64,000 nucleotides of DNA from Candidatus Poribacteria bacterium (lineage in GTDB: Bacteria > Poribacteria > WGA-4E > WGA-3G): positions 3,968,001 through 4,032,000 of the forward strand of contig OZ240248.1 in NCBI GenBank assembly GCA_965198235.1, in the 5' to 3' direction. Below are positions 18,534-28,041 of this stretch, piece after piece (positions within the stretch are counted from its first letter, which is position 1; each line of letters starts with the position of its first letter). The notes under the pieces are model-generated. The model searched no databases. It was not told the origin of the DNA and saw nothing but the letters and a program-made list of their open reading frames with translations. The position numbers and the translations under genes are program-made.

Positions 18534-19781
18534 TCACGGGGATAGCAGGACCGCTAATTGCTCAAGGATGTCCTGTCCCTCTTCGGTTTTCAGAAATTCC
18601 TCTCCGAGGTGTGCTTCAAGTTGGGACTGTAGTTGTTCCCTAATTTGATTTTTCACTTGTGGGATTGCTTGTTTGAGTATATCCATCCCCATTGGGGTCT
18701 TGAGGATGCCTCTTCCAAGTTGTGCTTCAAGTTGCATGTGAATCTCATTTTCCAAGGCACTCAGCAGTTTTGGCACGAATTTTTTGAAGACTAATTCTTC
18801 AATGGCTTGTTTGAGTCGCTCTCTACCTTCTTGGGTCTTGAGAAACGCGTCTCCGTGTTGTTTGTGTAAGTCACGCACAACGTCAGCGAGCGCGGAGACC
18901 CCCATTTTATTACTATTATAGATGTCTCTTTGCGGACCGTTACGATAGAGTTTTCCACTGAGACTTAGGTTGAGACGATGGTGTTCACAACGAACGATAG
19001 GTATCATACCCCCTTCCTGTGTCCACAGCATTTGTTGATCGTCTTTCTCAGAGGGTCGAATCTCATAGAGATAACTGCACGGCAGTGTTGGGTCCGACGC
19101 ATCCTCGGTGAGAACCCCGGGGGTTCCTGCTGTTGGATCCGCTGGGCAGAGGAGCACTTCCGTCTCCAAATATTGTGGGGAAAGCTCGGAAAGCCATTGT
19201 GGATCTGTATCCGCATTCAAAGCTCGATAGTCCTCACGGGCTCGTTTTATCTGCCTCAAATTTTCTCTACATATCCCAATCCCTTTGGAATCCTCAGAAT
19301 TTTGCTGCGCTGAAAGTGAGGCTAATTCATAAGGATAGACATCTGCTAAGAGGCACCGGTTTAGGCGAACCAACGCTTCCCCACCTTGTGGGTTTTCTGC
19401 GATGAGTGCTTGCGTTTGTTCACCGAGTTCAATATTGGCGAACAGTTGCGCATCATAGAGAGACTCAGCTTGAAGCAATTGATTTAGGTCTGAAAGCAAT
19501 ACTTCCTGCTGCTGAGCGGATGGTGTGCTTGCCCCATCGTATCCAACTAATATCCACTGCATATCTTCGGACAATTGCGACGCAATAAATTTGGACACCG
19601 GCGCACGCGTATCTTGGAGTTTCACGACCAGACTGCCGGGGTCTTTCACCGCATCCATGTCAAAGAGAAACTGATCTGTGCCTGCCTGCAGCGGTAGTTG
19701 CAAACCTATGACCGTCACTAAAGTTGCGATCAGAAGTGTTAGGGAATTGCGAATCTTGCCTCGTAAAATTATGCTTTTCAT
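18534..19781 (-). CDS. Secreted hypothetical protein with a Cys-containing central domain (CRENL..CPAD..CSYLYE..RCEHH) and C-terminal short repeats
   Basis: Long ORF, AGGAG SD before ATG 19781, hydrophobic N-terminus, three G.xxLKT..G...L.Q repeats. Confidence 0.7.
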   Translation of the reverse strand: MKSIILRGKIRNSLTLLIATLVTVIGLQLPLQAGTDQFLFDMDAVKDPGSLVVKLQDTRAPVSKFIASQLSEDMQWILVGYDGASTPSAQQQEVLLSDLNQLLQAESLYDAQLFANIELGEQTQALIAENPQGGEALVRLNRCLLADVYPYELASLSAQQNSEDSKGIGICRENLRQIKRAREDYRALNADTDPQWLSELSPQYLETEVLLCPADPTAGTPGVLTEDASDPTLPCSYLYEIRPSEKDDQQMLWTQEGGMIPIVRCEHHRLNLSLSGKLYRNGPQRDIYNSNKMGVSALADVVRDLHKQHGDAFLKTQEGRERLKQAIEELVFKKFVPKLLSALENEIHMQLEAQLGRGILKTPMGMDILKQAIPQVKNQIREQLQSQLEAHLGEEFLKTEEGQDILEQLAVLLSP

Positions 19782-19820
19782 TTTTTGAATCTCCTTAGAA
19801 TGTTTGTACATTTCAGTTTT

Positions 19821-22800
19821 TTATTCGGATTCATCAAGCGTGAAACGTAGCACACCCCTGCCAGCAGTGCCGACATAAAGCGTGTTACCATCAACAGCAA
19901 GAGAGCTAACAAGGATTGGAATTTCCGGTGTAACCTGTTGCCACATATTAGCATTGGCTTTCAATTGGTACACCCGTTGCTGGTGTGTCCCATAGACAGT
20001 TGTGTCGTCTACCGCTAACTTTTCTATGATAAGCGGTATACCTTCTGCATCGGTTGTCGCCTGCCAATCGGTGCCATCATTTGAAGATGCGATCCCTTTA
20101 TCGGTTGCGACATAAACGGTTGATCCGGCAAAAGCGATTGCATTGAAGGATGTAACAGAGAACGGAAGTGATGTGGTGACATCGTTCCAAGTGTCTCCTT
20201 CATCGAAGGATTGGAAAAGATGTCCATCGCTTTTACCAACATAGACGGTCTTCCCTAAAACGGCGAGTTTCAAACGGAAGTCAGCAAGATCGTTAGCCTC
20301 GTCCAATGCAAGAGCGAACTCATCTGCATTGACGATCCCAGTATCAAACCACTGAGTTGTTCCGGGTTTCCATCTGAAGAGTTTATGTTCAAATTCCATA
20401 TAGTAAGCAGTATCGCTGACAGCGAAACTTCCGAAAAATCCCCCAAGAAGTTTAACTATGCTTTTCTCAACGACCTGACTATATGCCTCACTGACTCTAT
20501 CTACATCCACATTTTTAAAGTTAATCACATCTTCAAGACTCAGTTTTTTATCCGCTTCAATGTTTTCCTGATCTTCGTTTTGACCTGTTGCTAAAAGATC
20601 CCTTTCCATTTCTTCACGAACTGCTGCTAAAAGGTCCTCTTTCATCTCTTCACTCATCGACTCGTTAGAGTCTTTCCCGTCCAAAATCGGCATTCCGGGG
20701 ACAGGAATTAACCTATTGTCTTCATCAGAGAGTTGGAAAAGTTGAGGTGGTATTTCTTTGATTCCTCTGGTATAGAGCGTATTGTTGAATCCCAGAATCG
20801 CCGTAAGGTTCAGGGTGTCCCCTAAAACTGGGCTCCAGGATTCGCCACGATCAGATGAGACCACAAGTGTCTGTCCCATGTTGGCGTAGAGTTTGTTAGG
20901 TGTAGCGACTAAATCCATTACCCCCGTCTTTACCAACCCCGTGTTAAATGGGTGCCATGTTTCACCCGCATCGGTTGTCCGATAAATCCCAAACAGTCCG
21001 CTTTTGTAGAGGGTATTCGTGGTGGAAATATATCCCATATCTGAAGTGAAGATATTCATAGTGGACATATATCCTATATCTGAAATGTCTGAACCCAAGT
21101 TAACCCAAGTTTCACCTGAATCATTTGAGTAATAACTTTTTCCACCATTTAGGACCCAAAGATTTTCTTGCGCTGCGACGATTTTGGTGTCCGAGATAGG
21201 TTTTGTTCCTGAATTGCTAACTTGCCCCGAGATTGTGAAACCGAAACCATCTCCTTGCGAAGGCTCTGTCTCTACAATAAAGTCTAATGCCTGCCACGAG
21301 TCTCCTAAATCCGTTGAGCGATAGAGGGACAGAGGTGTTCCGAGTTTCATTTGCATTGAGGCGGTTGGTGAAATTTCCTGTGATATAACCTCAGTGCCTA
21401 CGGCAACATAGAGTTGGTGTTCAGCATTTTCCAATGCCCGGATATTCTCAGATTCTCCTACCGGCAGTTGTTCCCAACCTTCCGGATTGCGACGATAGAG
21501 TCCAGCATCCGTTCCGACAAACAGCGTGTTTTCAACAGCAGTGATCGCACGAATCTTTTTATCACTTATGCCATCGTTCAGAGATGTCCAGGATTTCCCA
21601 GCATCTGTAGACTGGAATACACCATCAGCGAGTGCCAGGTACATTATAATATTGGCTTGCGTCCCATCTGTTATGACGAGGTCAATCAACTGTCCTTCTG
21701 GACGTGTTCCCAACGAATTCCATGTTTCGCCTCTATCTGCGGAAGCAAGTACTTCGGTATCGGAGACGATATAGAGGGTATCTCCGTGTTCTGTGATTTG
21801 CCACGATCCCTGAATAGGAATGTTGGGCGTGATGGAGCGCCATGCGTTTCCATCGTCTGTCAACGTGTAAAGATCTGTGCCTGCGCCAGCGTAGAGATTG
21901 CCGTTCGCTGCGATGAACAGACTCTGGACGCTACCGCCTACGGGTCCCTTTGTCTGGGCCCACTGTGGTTTTGGGGTTGCAACCTGTGTGTTGTCAACGG
22001 GGAGTGTAGCAAAAAGGGATTCGTCGGATTGTTGGCCTGATCCCGGACCTTTGCCCGGGGTAACTGAACTGCCGGGTTGATACCGAACTGCGGGTTTTGC
22101 GGGTGAGTCCAAGACGAAGACCGCATCGATAATCTCGACCGTCGGTTCTGAGGTAGCGTCGAAACTGTAGGGTTTCTGAAAACGAGAGAGGTATTGCGTG
22201 CCAACACCCATCAACAGGAAGATCAGGACAGCAGAGGCAGCGGAAACCGCCAAGGGTGCCACCGGTTTACTCACTACAGGTGGGACGGGAGCCAGACGCG
22301 AAACTTCCTGCATGATGTTCTCAGCTAAGTTATCAGGGAGTTGGAAGCTACCAAGGTTCTGCTGAATTACGTCTTCCTCTTTGCGCAAACGGTTACGGGC
22401 GCGGCTGAGTCGGCTTTTGACGGTATTCTGAGAGACACCGAGAAACTCGGAAATGGCTTTGATTGTCATCTCGCCGAGGTAATGAAGCGTCATCACTGTT
22501 CTCTCACTTTCCGGTAATTTTTTGAGCAGTTCCTTGACGACTTCACGGCGCGTTTCATCGGCTTCGGCTGCCTGTTTTTCTGCTACGTATTGAGAATATG
22601 ACACTTTGTCCACCTCATTCGTATTGTCAGCATCTAAGGATTCCATTGGCAGGCGACTCTTTTTGAGCCAGTCGCGACACAGGTTTGCCGCGATAACGTA
22701 GAGCCATCCTGCAAATTGGCTATGGTTTTTCAAGGTTCTGAGTTTCCGATACGCAGTGAGAAACGCGTCTTGCGTAATTTCTTGGGCAATATGAAAATCG

Positions 22801-22919
22801 CCGATCTTCCGCCATGCTAAGGCGTGTACCCCTTTCTGATATTTTTTCACCAAGGGACTGAATGCGTCCTGATCGCCCTGTAATATACGCTGGATGAGTT
22901 CAGCATCGGTGTGTGTCAT
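19821..22919 (-). CDS. ECF sigma-70 factor fused via a TM helix to an extracytoplasmic BNR/VPS10-like beta-propeller
   Basis: Sigma regions 2 and 4 (AQEITQDAFL, FAGWLYVIAAN, TVKSRLSRAR), a TM near aa 225-245, and many SxDxGxTW repeats. Confidence 0.9.
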   Translation of the reverse strand: MTHTDAELIQRILQGDQDAFSPLVKKYQKGVHALAWRKIGDFHIAQEITQDAFLTAYRKLRTLKNHSQFAGWLYVIAANLCRDWLKKSRLPMESLDADNTNEVDKVSYSQYVAEKQAAEADETRREVVKELLKKLPESERTVMTLHYLGEMTIKAISEFLGVSQNTVKSRLSRARNRLRKEEDVIQQNLGSFQLPDNLAENIMQEVSRLAPVPPVVSKPVAPLAVSAASAVLIFLLMGVGTQYLSRFQKPYSFDATSEPTVEIIDAVFVLDSPAKPAVRYQPGSSVTPGKGPGSGQQSDESLFATLPVDNTQVATPKPQWAQTKGPVGGSVQSLFIAANGNLYAGAGTDLYTLTDDGNAWRSITPNIPIQGSWQITEHGDTLYIVSDTEVLASADRGETWNSLGTRPEGQLIDLVITDGTQANIIMYLALADGVFQSTDAGKSWTSLNDGISDKKIRAITAVENTLFVGTDAGLYRRNPEGWEQLPVGESENIRALENAEHQLYVAVGTEVISQEISPTASMQMKLGTPLSLYRSTDLGDSWQALDFIVETEPSQGDGFGFTISGQVSNSGTKPISDTKIVAAQENLWVLNGGKSYYSNDSGETWVNLGSDISDIGYMSTMNIFTSDMGYISTTNTLYKSGLFGIYRTTDAGETWHPFNTGLVKTGVMDLVATPNKLYANMGQTLVVSSDRGESWSPVLGDTLNLTAILGFNNTLYTRGIKEIPPQLFQLSDEDNRLIPVPGMPILDGKDSNESMSEEMKEDLLAAVREEMERDLLATGQNEDQENIEADKKLSLEDVINFKNVDVDRVSEAYSQVVEKSIVKLLGGFFGSFAVSDTAYYMEFEHKLFRWKPGTTQWFDTGIVNADEFALALDEANDLADFRLKLAVLGKTVYVGKSDGHLFQSFDEGDTWNDVTTSLPFSVTSFNAIAFAGSTVYVATDKGIASSNDGTDWQATTDAEGIPLIIEKLAVDDTTVYGTHQQRVYQLKANANMWQQVTPEIPILVSSLAVDGNTLYVGTAGRGVLRFTLDESE

Positions 22920-22988
22920 CGAAAATCTCCTCCGGAACTATTGCCCCTTTGATAGAAGTGACGTAACCTTAAGCAATCGATTGCTGTG

Positions 22989-23207
22989 TTATTTTATCAA
23001 TAAGATAAACTTTGGACCTGTTTCCTGAATCTCACGCCTCCGTAACGAGTAAGCAGTGGAATAGGATTCTAATTCGTTTATACAGCGAATATATGCCTGA
23101 GAAGTCGGGACAGGATATGGTAGCGTCTCAACATCGCCGAACGCGAGGTAAGCGATGCCAAATAGTAGCAAACAAACAAGGAATAGGTTAATCATCATAA
23201 AGCGCAT
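22989..23207 (-). CDS. Small secreted/membrane hypothetical protein
   Basis: AAGGAG SD and hydrophobic N-terminus; first gene after the ECF-type promoter. Confidence 0.45.
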   Translation of the reverse strand: MRFMMINLFLVCLLLFGIAYLAFGDVETLPYPVPTSQAYIRCINELESYSTAYSLRRREIQETGPKFILLIK

Positions 23208-23280
23208 GGTTTTCTCCTTCAAAGTGGAAGTTCCGTTAAGTTTGCCAGGGACAACATGGCTATAATTTAACATCTAATGA

Positions 23281-23322
23281 TTAGGGTGACGACACTTAGG
23301 TACCGAAAGGTTGCATTATTTT
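23281..23322 (-). promoter_or_regulatory. Putative ECF-sigma promoter (TGCAAC-N18-CGTCA)
   Basis: Closely matches 2969-3010. A related GTTACGTCAC motif lies at 22958-22967, just upstream of the sigma gene. Confidence 0.55.
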
Positions 23323-23518
23323 CAAAAAGAGATTGTGATTGCAGATCTCAGAAAAAAGATGGCATAATTGCATTTTTCTTTTATACTTCTTGAAATATAT
23401 GTTATACTTTAATAATATACAGACTTTTGGCGCAACTTGCTGGTTTACATGAAGATTAAAAAAATGAATTAGGTAATTGTTTGTGTGAATCACGACATGC
23501 TCAACTGGGAGGCATAGC

Positions 23519-24337
23519 ATGGAACACCATATAACTGATGAACAGTGGGAACATTTTTCGGAAAACGGCTATGTGCGCATCGGACAAGTCGCCACGGATG
23601 CCGAACTCGCGAAACTGCAGGAGCGGATGGATGACATCATGCTCGGCAAAGCACCGCTGGATTATGACCAAATCATGATGCAACTGGATCGGGCACCCGG
23701 AAAAGACTCGCCGGGACCGCAGTCTAAGGGACACAAAGGTGCCACGTTGTTGTATCGGAAAATTCAGAACCTTGAACTCGATCCGATTTTTTTGGAGTAT
23801 CTCCAGAAACAGGTTTTCCAAGAGATTTGTACGAAAATCTATGGGGATGGGACCCCTGTTGCCTGTTTTCGGGCAATGTTTATGAATAAACCCGCACATG
23901 AGGGTACTCGACTTACATGGCATCAAGACAGATGGAGGGATCTCAACCAGGACCCACAGATTACGATTTATACCGCTCTGGATCCAGCAATGATTGAGAA
24001 CGGCTGTGTACATATCATTCCGAAGTCGCATAGCAGGCTCATCAACCCTTCAAACGGATCCGGTTTTCTCACACAGGAACACATTGACGACATCGTTGCG
24101 AACGCTACACCACTCCCGATGGAGTTGAAGGCTGGAGAAGTCGTCTTACTCCACAATTGGATGCTACACAGTTCCGGGACGAACGATACGGATATTCCGC
24201 GGCGTGCGTTCAGCGTCTGCTACATGCATGGCGAGACGAAATCGCATCACGGGCATGCCTTTACGCGGGTGTTCGGCGATGGTGCGATCAGTGTCACCGA
24301 TTTATCGAAGTTTAAGTATGAAAGCCCGATCGTTTAG
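23519..24337 (+). CDS. Phytanoyl-CoA dioxygenase (PhyH) family Fe(II)/2OG oxygenase
   Basis: WHQD, ENGCVHIIPKSH, LHSSGTN...RRA. Confidence 0.9.
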   Translation: MEHHITDEQWEHFSENGYVRIGQVATDAELAKLQERMDDIMLGKAPLDYDQIMMQLDRAPGKDSPGPQSKGHKGATLLYRKIQNLELDPIFLEYLQKQVFQEICTKIYGDGTPVACFRAMFMNKPAHEGTRLTWHQDRWRDLNQDPQITIYTALDPAMIENGCVHIIPKSHSRLINPSNGSGFLTQEHIDDIVANATPLPMELKAGEVVLLHNWMLHSSGTNDTDIPRRAFSVCYMHGETKSHHGHAFTRVFGDGAISVTDLSKFKYESPIV

Positions 24338-24379
24338 GTTTGGGAGCAGCCAAAATAGAAGAACAACAAGGAGAAAAAT

Positions 24380-25384
24380 ATGGCGAAGATTCGACTTGCC
24401 ATGATTGGGTGTGGCGGAAACTCCTCAGGTCACGCCAGACGAATGGATGCTAATCCTGACGTGCAAATCGTCGGCACCTGCGATGTGAACACTGACATCG
24501 CTAACGGTTATATCGACCGAAACCTGTCTGATCTGAGTCCGCGTCCCGGTGCTTATGACGACATCAGCAAATTGCTCGCAGAGACGACACCGGATGCCGT
24601 GGTCATCTCTACACCACACACACTCCACTTTGAGCAGGGCATGCAGGCACTTGAAGCGGGATGTCACGTCTTGATGGAAAAGCCGATGGTGACAGCATCT
24701 AAAGATGCCTATACCATCGCAGAAAAGGTGAAAGAGACCGGACTCACCCTAACCATCGGCTACAATACGCCATGCACATCCAATTTCTATTACACCCGCG
24801 AAATTGTTCGTAGTGGGGAATTCGGTAAGCTGGAATTGGTCATTGGCTATATTACGCAAGGCTGGAAAGGTGGCACAACGGGAACGTGGCGGCAGAACCC
24901 GAAACTTTCTGGTGGTGGACAAGCTTACGATAGTGGCGCACATCTCCTGAACAGTCTCTGCTGGGCGGTCGAATCGAAAGTCGCCGAAGTCTATGCCTAT
25001 ACAGATAACCAAGATCGAGACGTTGACATCAACTCCTCGATTAACGTCAAGTTTGAAAGCGGTGTTCTCGCTGCGATGGCGGTGAGCGGCAATTGCCCAA
25101 GCCCCGGCGGTACACACATGGCATTGGTTTTTGAGAACGGCAGGATTGAGGTTGACGGCTGGGGTGGCGGTTGGATTCGCGTCTGGGAAGGTGGAGAAGC
25201 GTTGGATCCACCTCCAATTACAGACGACATGTCCGCTGGCACGCCTGATGACAACTTCATTGACGCTGTTCTCGGTAGGGCGGAACCCCGTACCAATCCG
25301 ATGAATGGGATTATCCAATCTGAATTGATGGATCTCATCTACGAATCTGCGGAAACAGGAGTCCCGGCGCGTCCTGAACGCTAA
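24380..25384 (+). CDS. Gfo/Idh/MocA oxidoreductase
   Basis: IGCGG, HVLMEKPM, GGGQAYDSGAH. Confidence 0.9.
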   Translation: MAKIRLAMIGCGGNSSGHARRMDANPDVQIVGTCDVNTDIANGYIDRNLSDLSPRPGAYDDISKLLAETTPDAVVISTPHTLHFEQGMQALEAGCHVLMEKPMVTASKDAYTIAEKVKETGLTLTIGYNTPCTSNFYYTREIVRSGEFGKLELVIGYITQGWKGGTTGTWRQNPKLSGGGQAYDSGAHLLNSLCWAVESKVAEVYAYTDNQDRDVDINSSINVKFESGVLAAMAVSGNCPSPGGTHMALVFENGRIEVDGWGGGWIRVWEGGEALDPPPITDDMSAGTPDDNFIDAVLGRAEPRTNPMNGIIQSELMDLIYESAETGVPARPER

Positions 25385-25386
25385 GG

Positions 25387-25531
25387 TAACATCAGTTCGG
25401 AAAAACATTTCGCACCACTAAGATTCGCAATGCCCCCCTGATAAGGGGGGTTAGGGGGGTTAATCTCGCACCTGATAAGCTGAATAGTGCTGTAGATAAC
25501 ATATTTCTACATTATTATAGAACTCACGTTA
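25387..25531. mobile_element. MITE-like element (TAACxTxAGTTC / GAACTCACGTTA ends) carrying a CCCCCTGATAAGGGGG hairpin
   Basis: Inverted ends; TAAGGTA is duplicated at 25382-25388 and 25530-25536. Confidence 0.65.
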
Positions 25532-25596
25532 AGGTAGTTAATCCTTCTGAAATGGATTTGCAGGCAGGTTGTAGGCGCGGTTTTCTAACCGCGCTT

Positions 25597-26766
25597 TTAC
25601 GCTAACGTCGCACCTTCAGGACGCGGTGCTACTGGTCGGATAGGCATCTTTTGGTAGGAGCGATATGCGAGTTCTGCTAAATGCGGTGTCTCAATTCGGA
25701 CGTGCCCTTCCGCCCGCGAGTGCATGAGTGCATCGAGAACACCTGTCACGAGTAGCGTCCGTTCCACAGGATACTGCGGTTCTCCCGTTACAAACATCTC
25801 TTCAATATTAAGACTCAAATAACTAAAATGGGCATGCGGCGGTCCGTTCTGTAGGTAAAACTCCGTTGCGTAGTGGGTGTCGCCCGCCTTTGCCGCATAA
25901 GCAAAATCAGAGACGTACCCCGTCAGCATCAGCACAGCAGAACGGAACCCGTCCCGATGCTCCAGCAGAAACGCCGTTGGATTAGGGCATCCCTCTATAA
26001 AGGTGGTATCGGGACGATTATCGATCTGTGCACACGCCTTCTCCGCCAAGTCAAGAGACCACTTTCCAGTCTCACCTGCCTCCCAGACTGCATCTCCTTC
26101 CAGACATTGAATTGCCACGATTCCAGACTCGCCGCCTTGTCGACGTTCGATCATACACTGTAGCGTCTCAAGCGAATGAAAACCGTATGACTCTACGCCG
26201 GCATAGCCGATACCGATAGCGGCTTCCAGTTCTGTGTCGAGGGGATGTTCCAAAAAGGGTTTCCGCCAACTCAGGGGGAGCGAGGAGCCTGCCATAAACG
26301 GAACGTCAAGTGCATTTGCACGATTATACATCCAAATCGCGTCGTCCCAATTGTAGGAGAGATGCTTATCGCAGAAAACAGGCACCGACCTGCCACTCGA
26401 TGCAAAGACGCCACAAATCTGTTCAAACATATAGCGGCGCGGGTACATGTGTTGTTCAAATTCGTTATACGGGTAATCACCGTGTTCACCGATCAATAGT
26501 ACACCATCGACAGCCAGTTCACTACCACCGAGCGTCAATGCTTGCCGTATACTCGGGTAGATAGGGACGTTATGCTCGGCTGCTAAACCGACCCCGATGT
26601 CTCGATCATCTACCTGATCCAGATATATGGACACTAATTCCACGCGGGGCATCCGATGACCGGTATCTGTTGGGAACCCCTTCATGTATTTCGTAGCAAT
26701 TACATCTGCATGCGAATACTGAAAATATGTCGTGATGATTGCGGCAATTTTTTTAGGTGCTGGCAT
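25597..26766 (-). CDS. Conserved hypothetical, Gfo/Idh/MocA-like oxidoreductase fold
   Basis: DGVLLIGEHGDYP, PVFCDKHLS, MAGSSLP; start MPAPKK at 26766. Confidence 0.75.
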   Translation of the reverse strand: MPAPKKIAAIITTYFQYSHADVIATKYMKGFPTDTGHRMPRVELVSIYLDQVDDRDIGVGLAAEHNVPIYPSIRQALTLGGSELAVDGVLLIGEHGDYPYNEFEQHMYPRRYMFEQICGVFASSGRSVPVFCDKHLSYNWDDAIWMYNRANALDVPFMAGSSLPLSWRKPFLEHPLDTELEAAIGIGYAGVESYGFHSLETLQCMIERRQGGESGIVAIQCLEGDAVWEAGETGKWSLDLAEKACAQIDNRPDTTFIEGCPNPTAFLLEHRDGFRSAVLMLTGYVSDFAYAAKAGDTHYATEFYLQNGPPHAHFSYLSLNIEEMFVTGEPQYPVERTLLVTGVLDALMHSRAEGHVRIETPHLAELAYRSYQKMPIRPVAPRPEGATLA

Positions 26767-26782
26767 CTTCTTCTCCCGTTGT

Positions 26783-27658
26783 CTATCTAACGATTTCGGT
26801 CCCGATTCCACCCTCTGTGAAAACTTCGAGCAGTAGAGAGTGCGGAATTCTCCCGTCAATAATATGTGTCTTATAAACGCCGCTCATGAGTGCTGTGGTG
26901 CATGCCTCTACCTTCGGAAGCATGCCACCTGCGATGAAACCTTCCTCGATTAATTGGTCCACTTCTCTGATACGAATGGTAGGCATCAGCGACGAAGTAT
27001 CCGATAGATCTCGAAGAATGCCGCGCGTATCCGTCAGAACAATCAACTTCTCTGCTTGGAACGCCGATGCGATTTCACCCGCCATTGTATCGGCATTAAT
27101 ATTATAGGTTTGTCCATCAACACCGACACCAATCGGTGTGATGACAGGGATATAACCTGCTCTGTCGAGTGTGGTAACCGACTCAGTGTTCACACCAATT
27201 ATTTTCCCGACAAATCCCAGGTCAACATCTATTTGTCTGCCGTTTTCGTCGGTAATCTGAGTCTCCTGCTTCTCCGCGAGTATCAGATTCGCGTCTTTTC
27301 CAGACAACCCAATGGCTTTTCCGCCGTGTTGGTTGATCCGAGCCACAATCTCCTTGTTGATTAACCCAAGCACCATCTCAGCGATTTCAACCGTTTCAGC
27401 ATCGGTTACTCGCAACCCCTGTACGAATTCCGGGACTTTCCCAATCTTATCCATCCATGTGGTGATTCTCGGTCCGCCGCCGTGAACTATAATTGGTCGG
27501 ATGCCGACATATTTCATCAGCACAACGTCCTGCATGACGGAATGGATAAGCGTCTCATCCTCCATTGCGGCACCACCATATTTGATAACAATCCGCCGGT
27601 CATAAAAGTGGCGGATATAAGGTAAGGCTTCGATAAGAACTTCAGCAGTTCTGTTCAT
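26783..27658 (-). CDS. argB: Acetylglutamate kinase
   Basis: VIKYGGAAM, VHGGGP, GLRVTD, YNINAD, GGMLPKV. Confidence 0.97.
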   Translation of the reverse strand: MNRTAEVLIEALPYIRHFYDRRIVIKYGGAAMEDETLIHSVMQDVVLMKYVGIRPIIVHGGGPRITTWMDKIGKVPEFVQGLRVTDAETVEIAEMVLGLINKEIVARINQHGGKAIGLSGKDANLILAEKQETQITDENGRQIDVDLGFVGKIIGVNTESVTTLDRAGYIPVITPIGVGVDGQTYNINADTMAGEIASAFQAEKLIVLTDTRGILRDLSDTSSLMPTIRIREVDQLIEEGFIAGGMLPKVEACTTALMSGVYKTHIIDGRIPHSLLLEVFTEGGIGTEIVR

Positions 27659-27701
27659 GTTGTTAAGTCTCGTTCCCTGTCTTTTTATAAAATAGTGTAT
27701 A

Positions 27702-27873
27702 ATAACCCAAGTTGCTACCTAACGAGCTATAGACGTTTAAAGTAGGAGGGGTTTCCAACCCCGATACCTTTCCTCACCCCGTAGGGGTGCTATGTCTATA
27801 GAAAAACGATTTCTCAGTCCCCCTGCACCCCGTAGGGGTGCTATGTCTATAAAAAGGTGGCAACTTGCGCTAT
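27702..27873. mobile_element. MITE-like element with ~19-bp imperfect TIRs, carrying a REP and two CACCCCGTAGGGGTGCTATGTCTATA units
   Basis: ATAACCCAAGTTGCTACCT ... AGGTGGCAACTTGCGCTAT. Confidence 0.6.
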
Positions 27874-27878
27874 AATAT

Positions 27879-27907
27879 ATGATACGCAAACCTTCTGGGT
27901 TTGTCAA
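27879..27907 (-). promoter_or_regulatory. sigma70 promoter TTGACA-17-TATCAT for argB
   Basis: Near-consensus boxes with 17-nt spacing. Confidence 0.65.
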
Positions 27908-28041
27908 ATTAAATGTAGTTATAAATTATCAGTTGTCACTTGGTGGACTGTCTGAATTAGGATTTATAAAATTTTGGGATTCACAGGATTTTTGAACCAC
28001 CTTGATTGAGAATAGTCTTTTATAGAAGGAGCACGAACGCG

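Noticed and set aside
23501-24031. Long antisense/shadow ORFs (for example 23501-24031, 24749-25408, 21414-22040)
   Set aside because: They overlap well-supported genes on the opposite strand and carry no recognisable motifs.
27776-27851. Two palindromic direct repeats with a short spacer (also 44173-44251) as a CRISPR array
   Set aside because: They are GC hairpin units of a dispersed repeat family, one pair lies inside a MITE, and they lack a CRISPR-like repeat end or leader.
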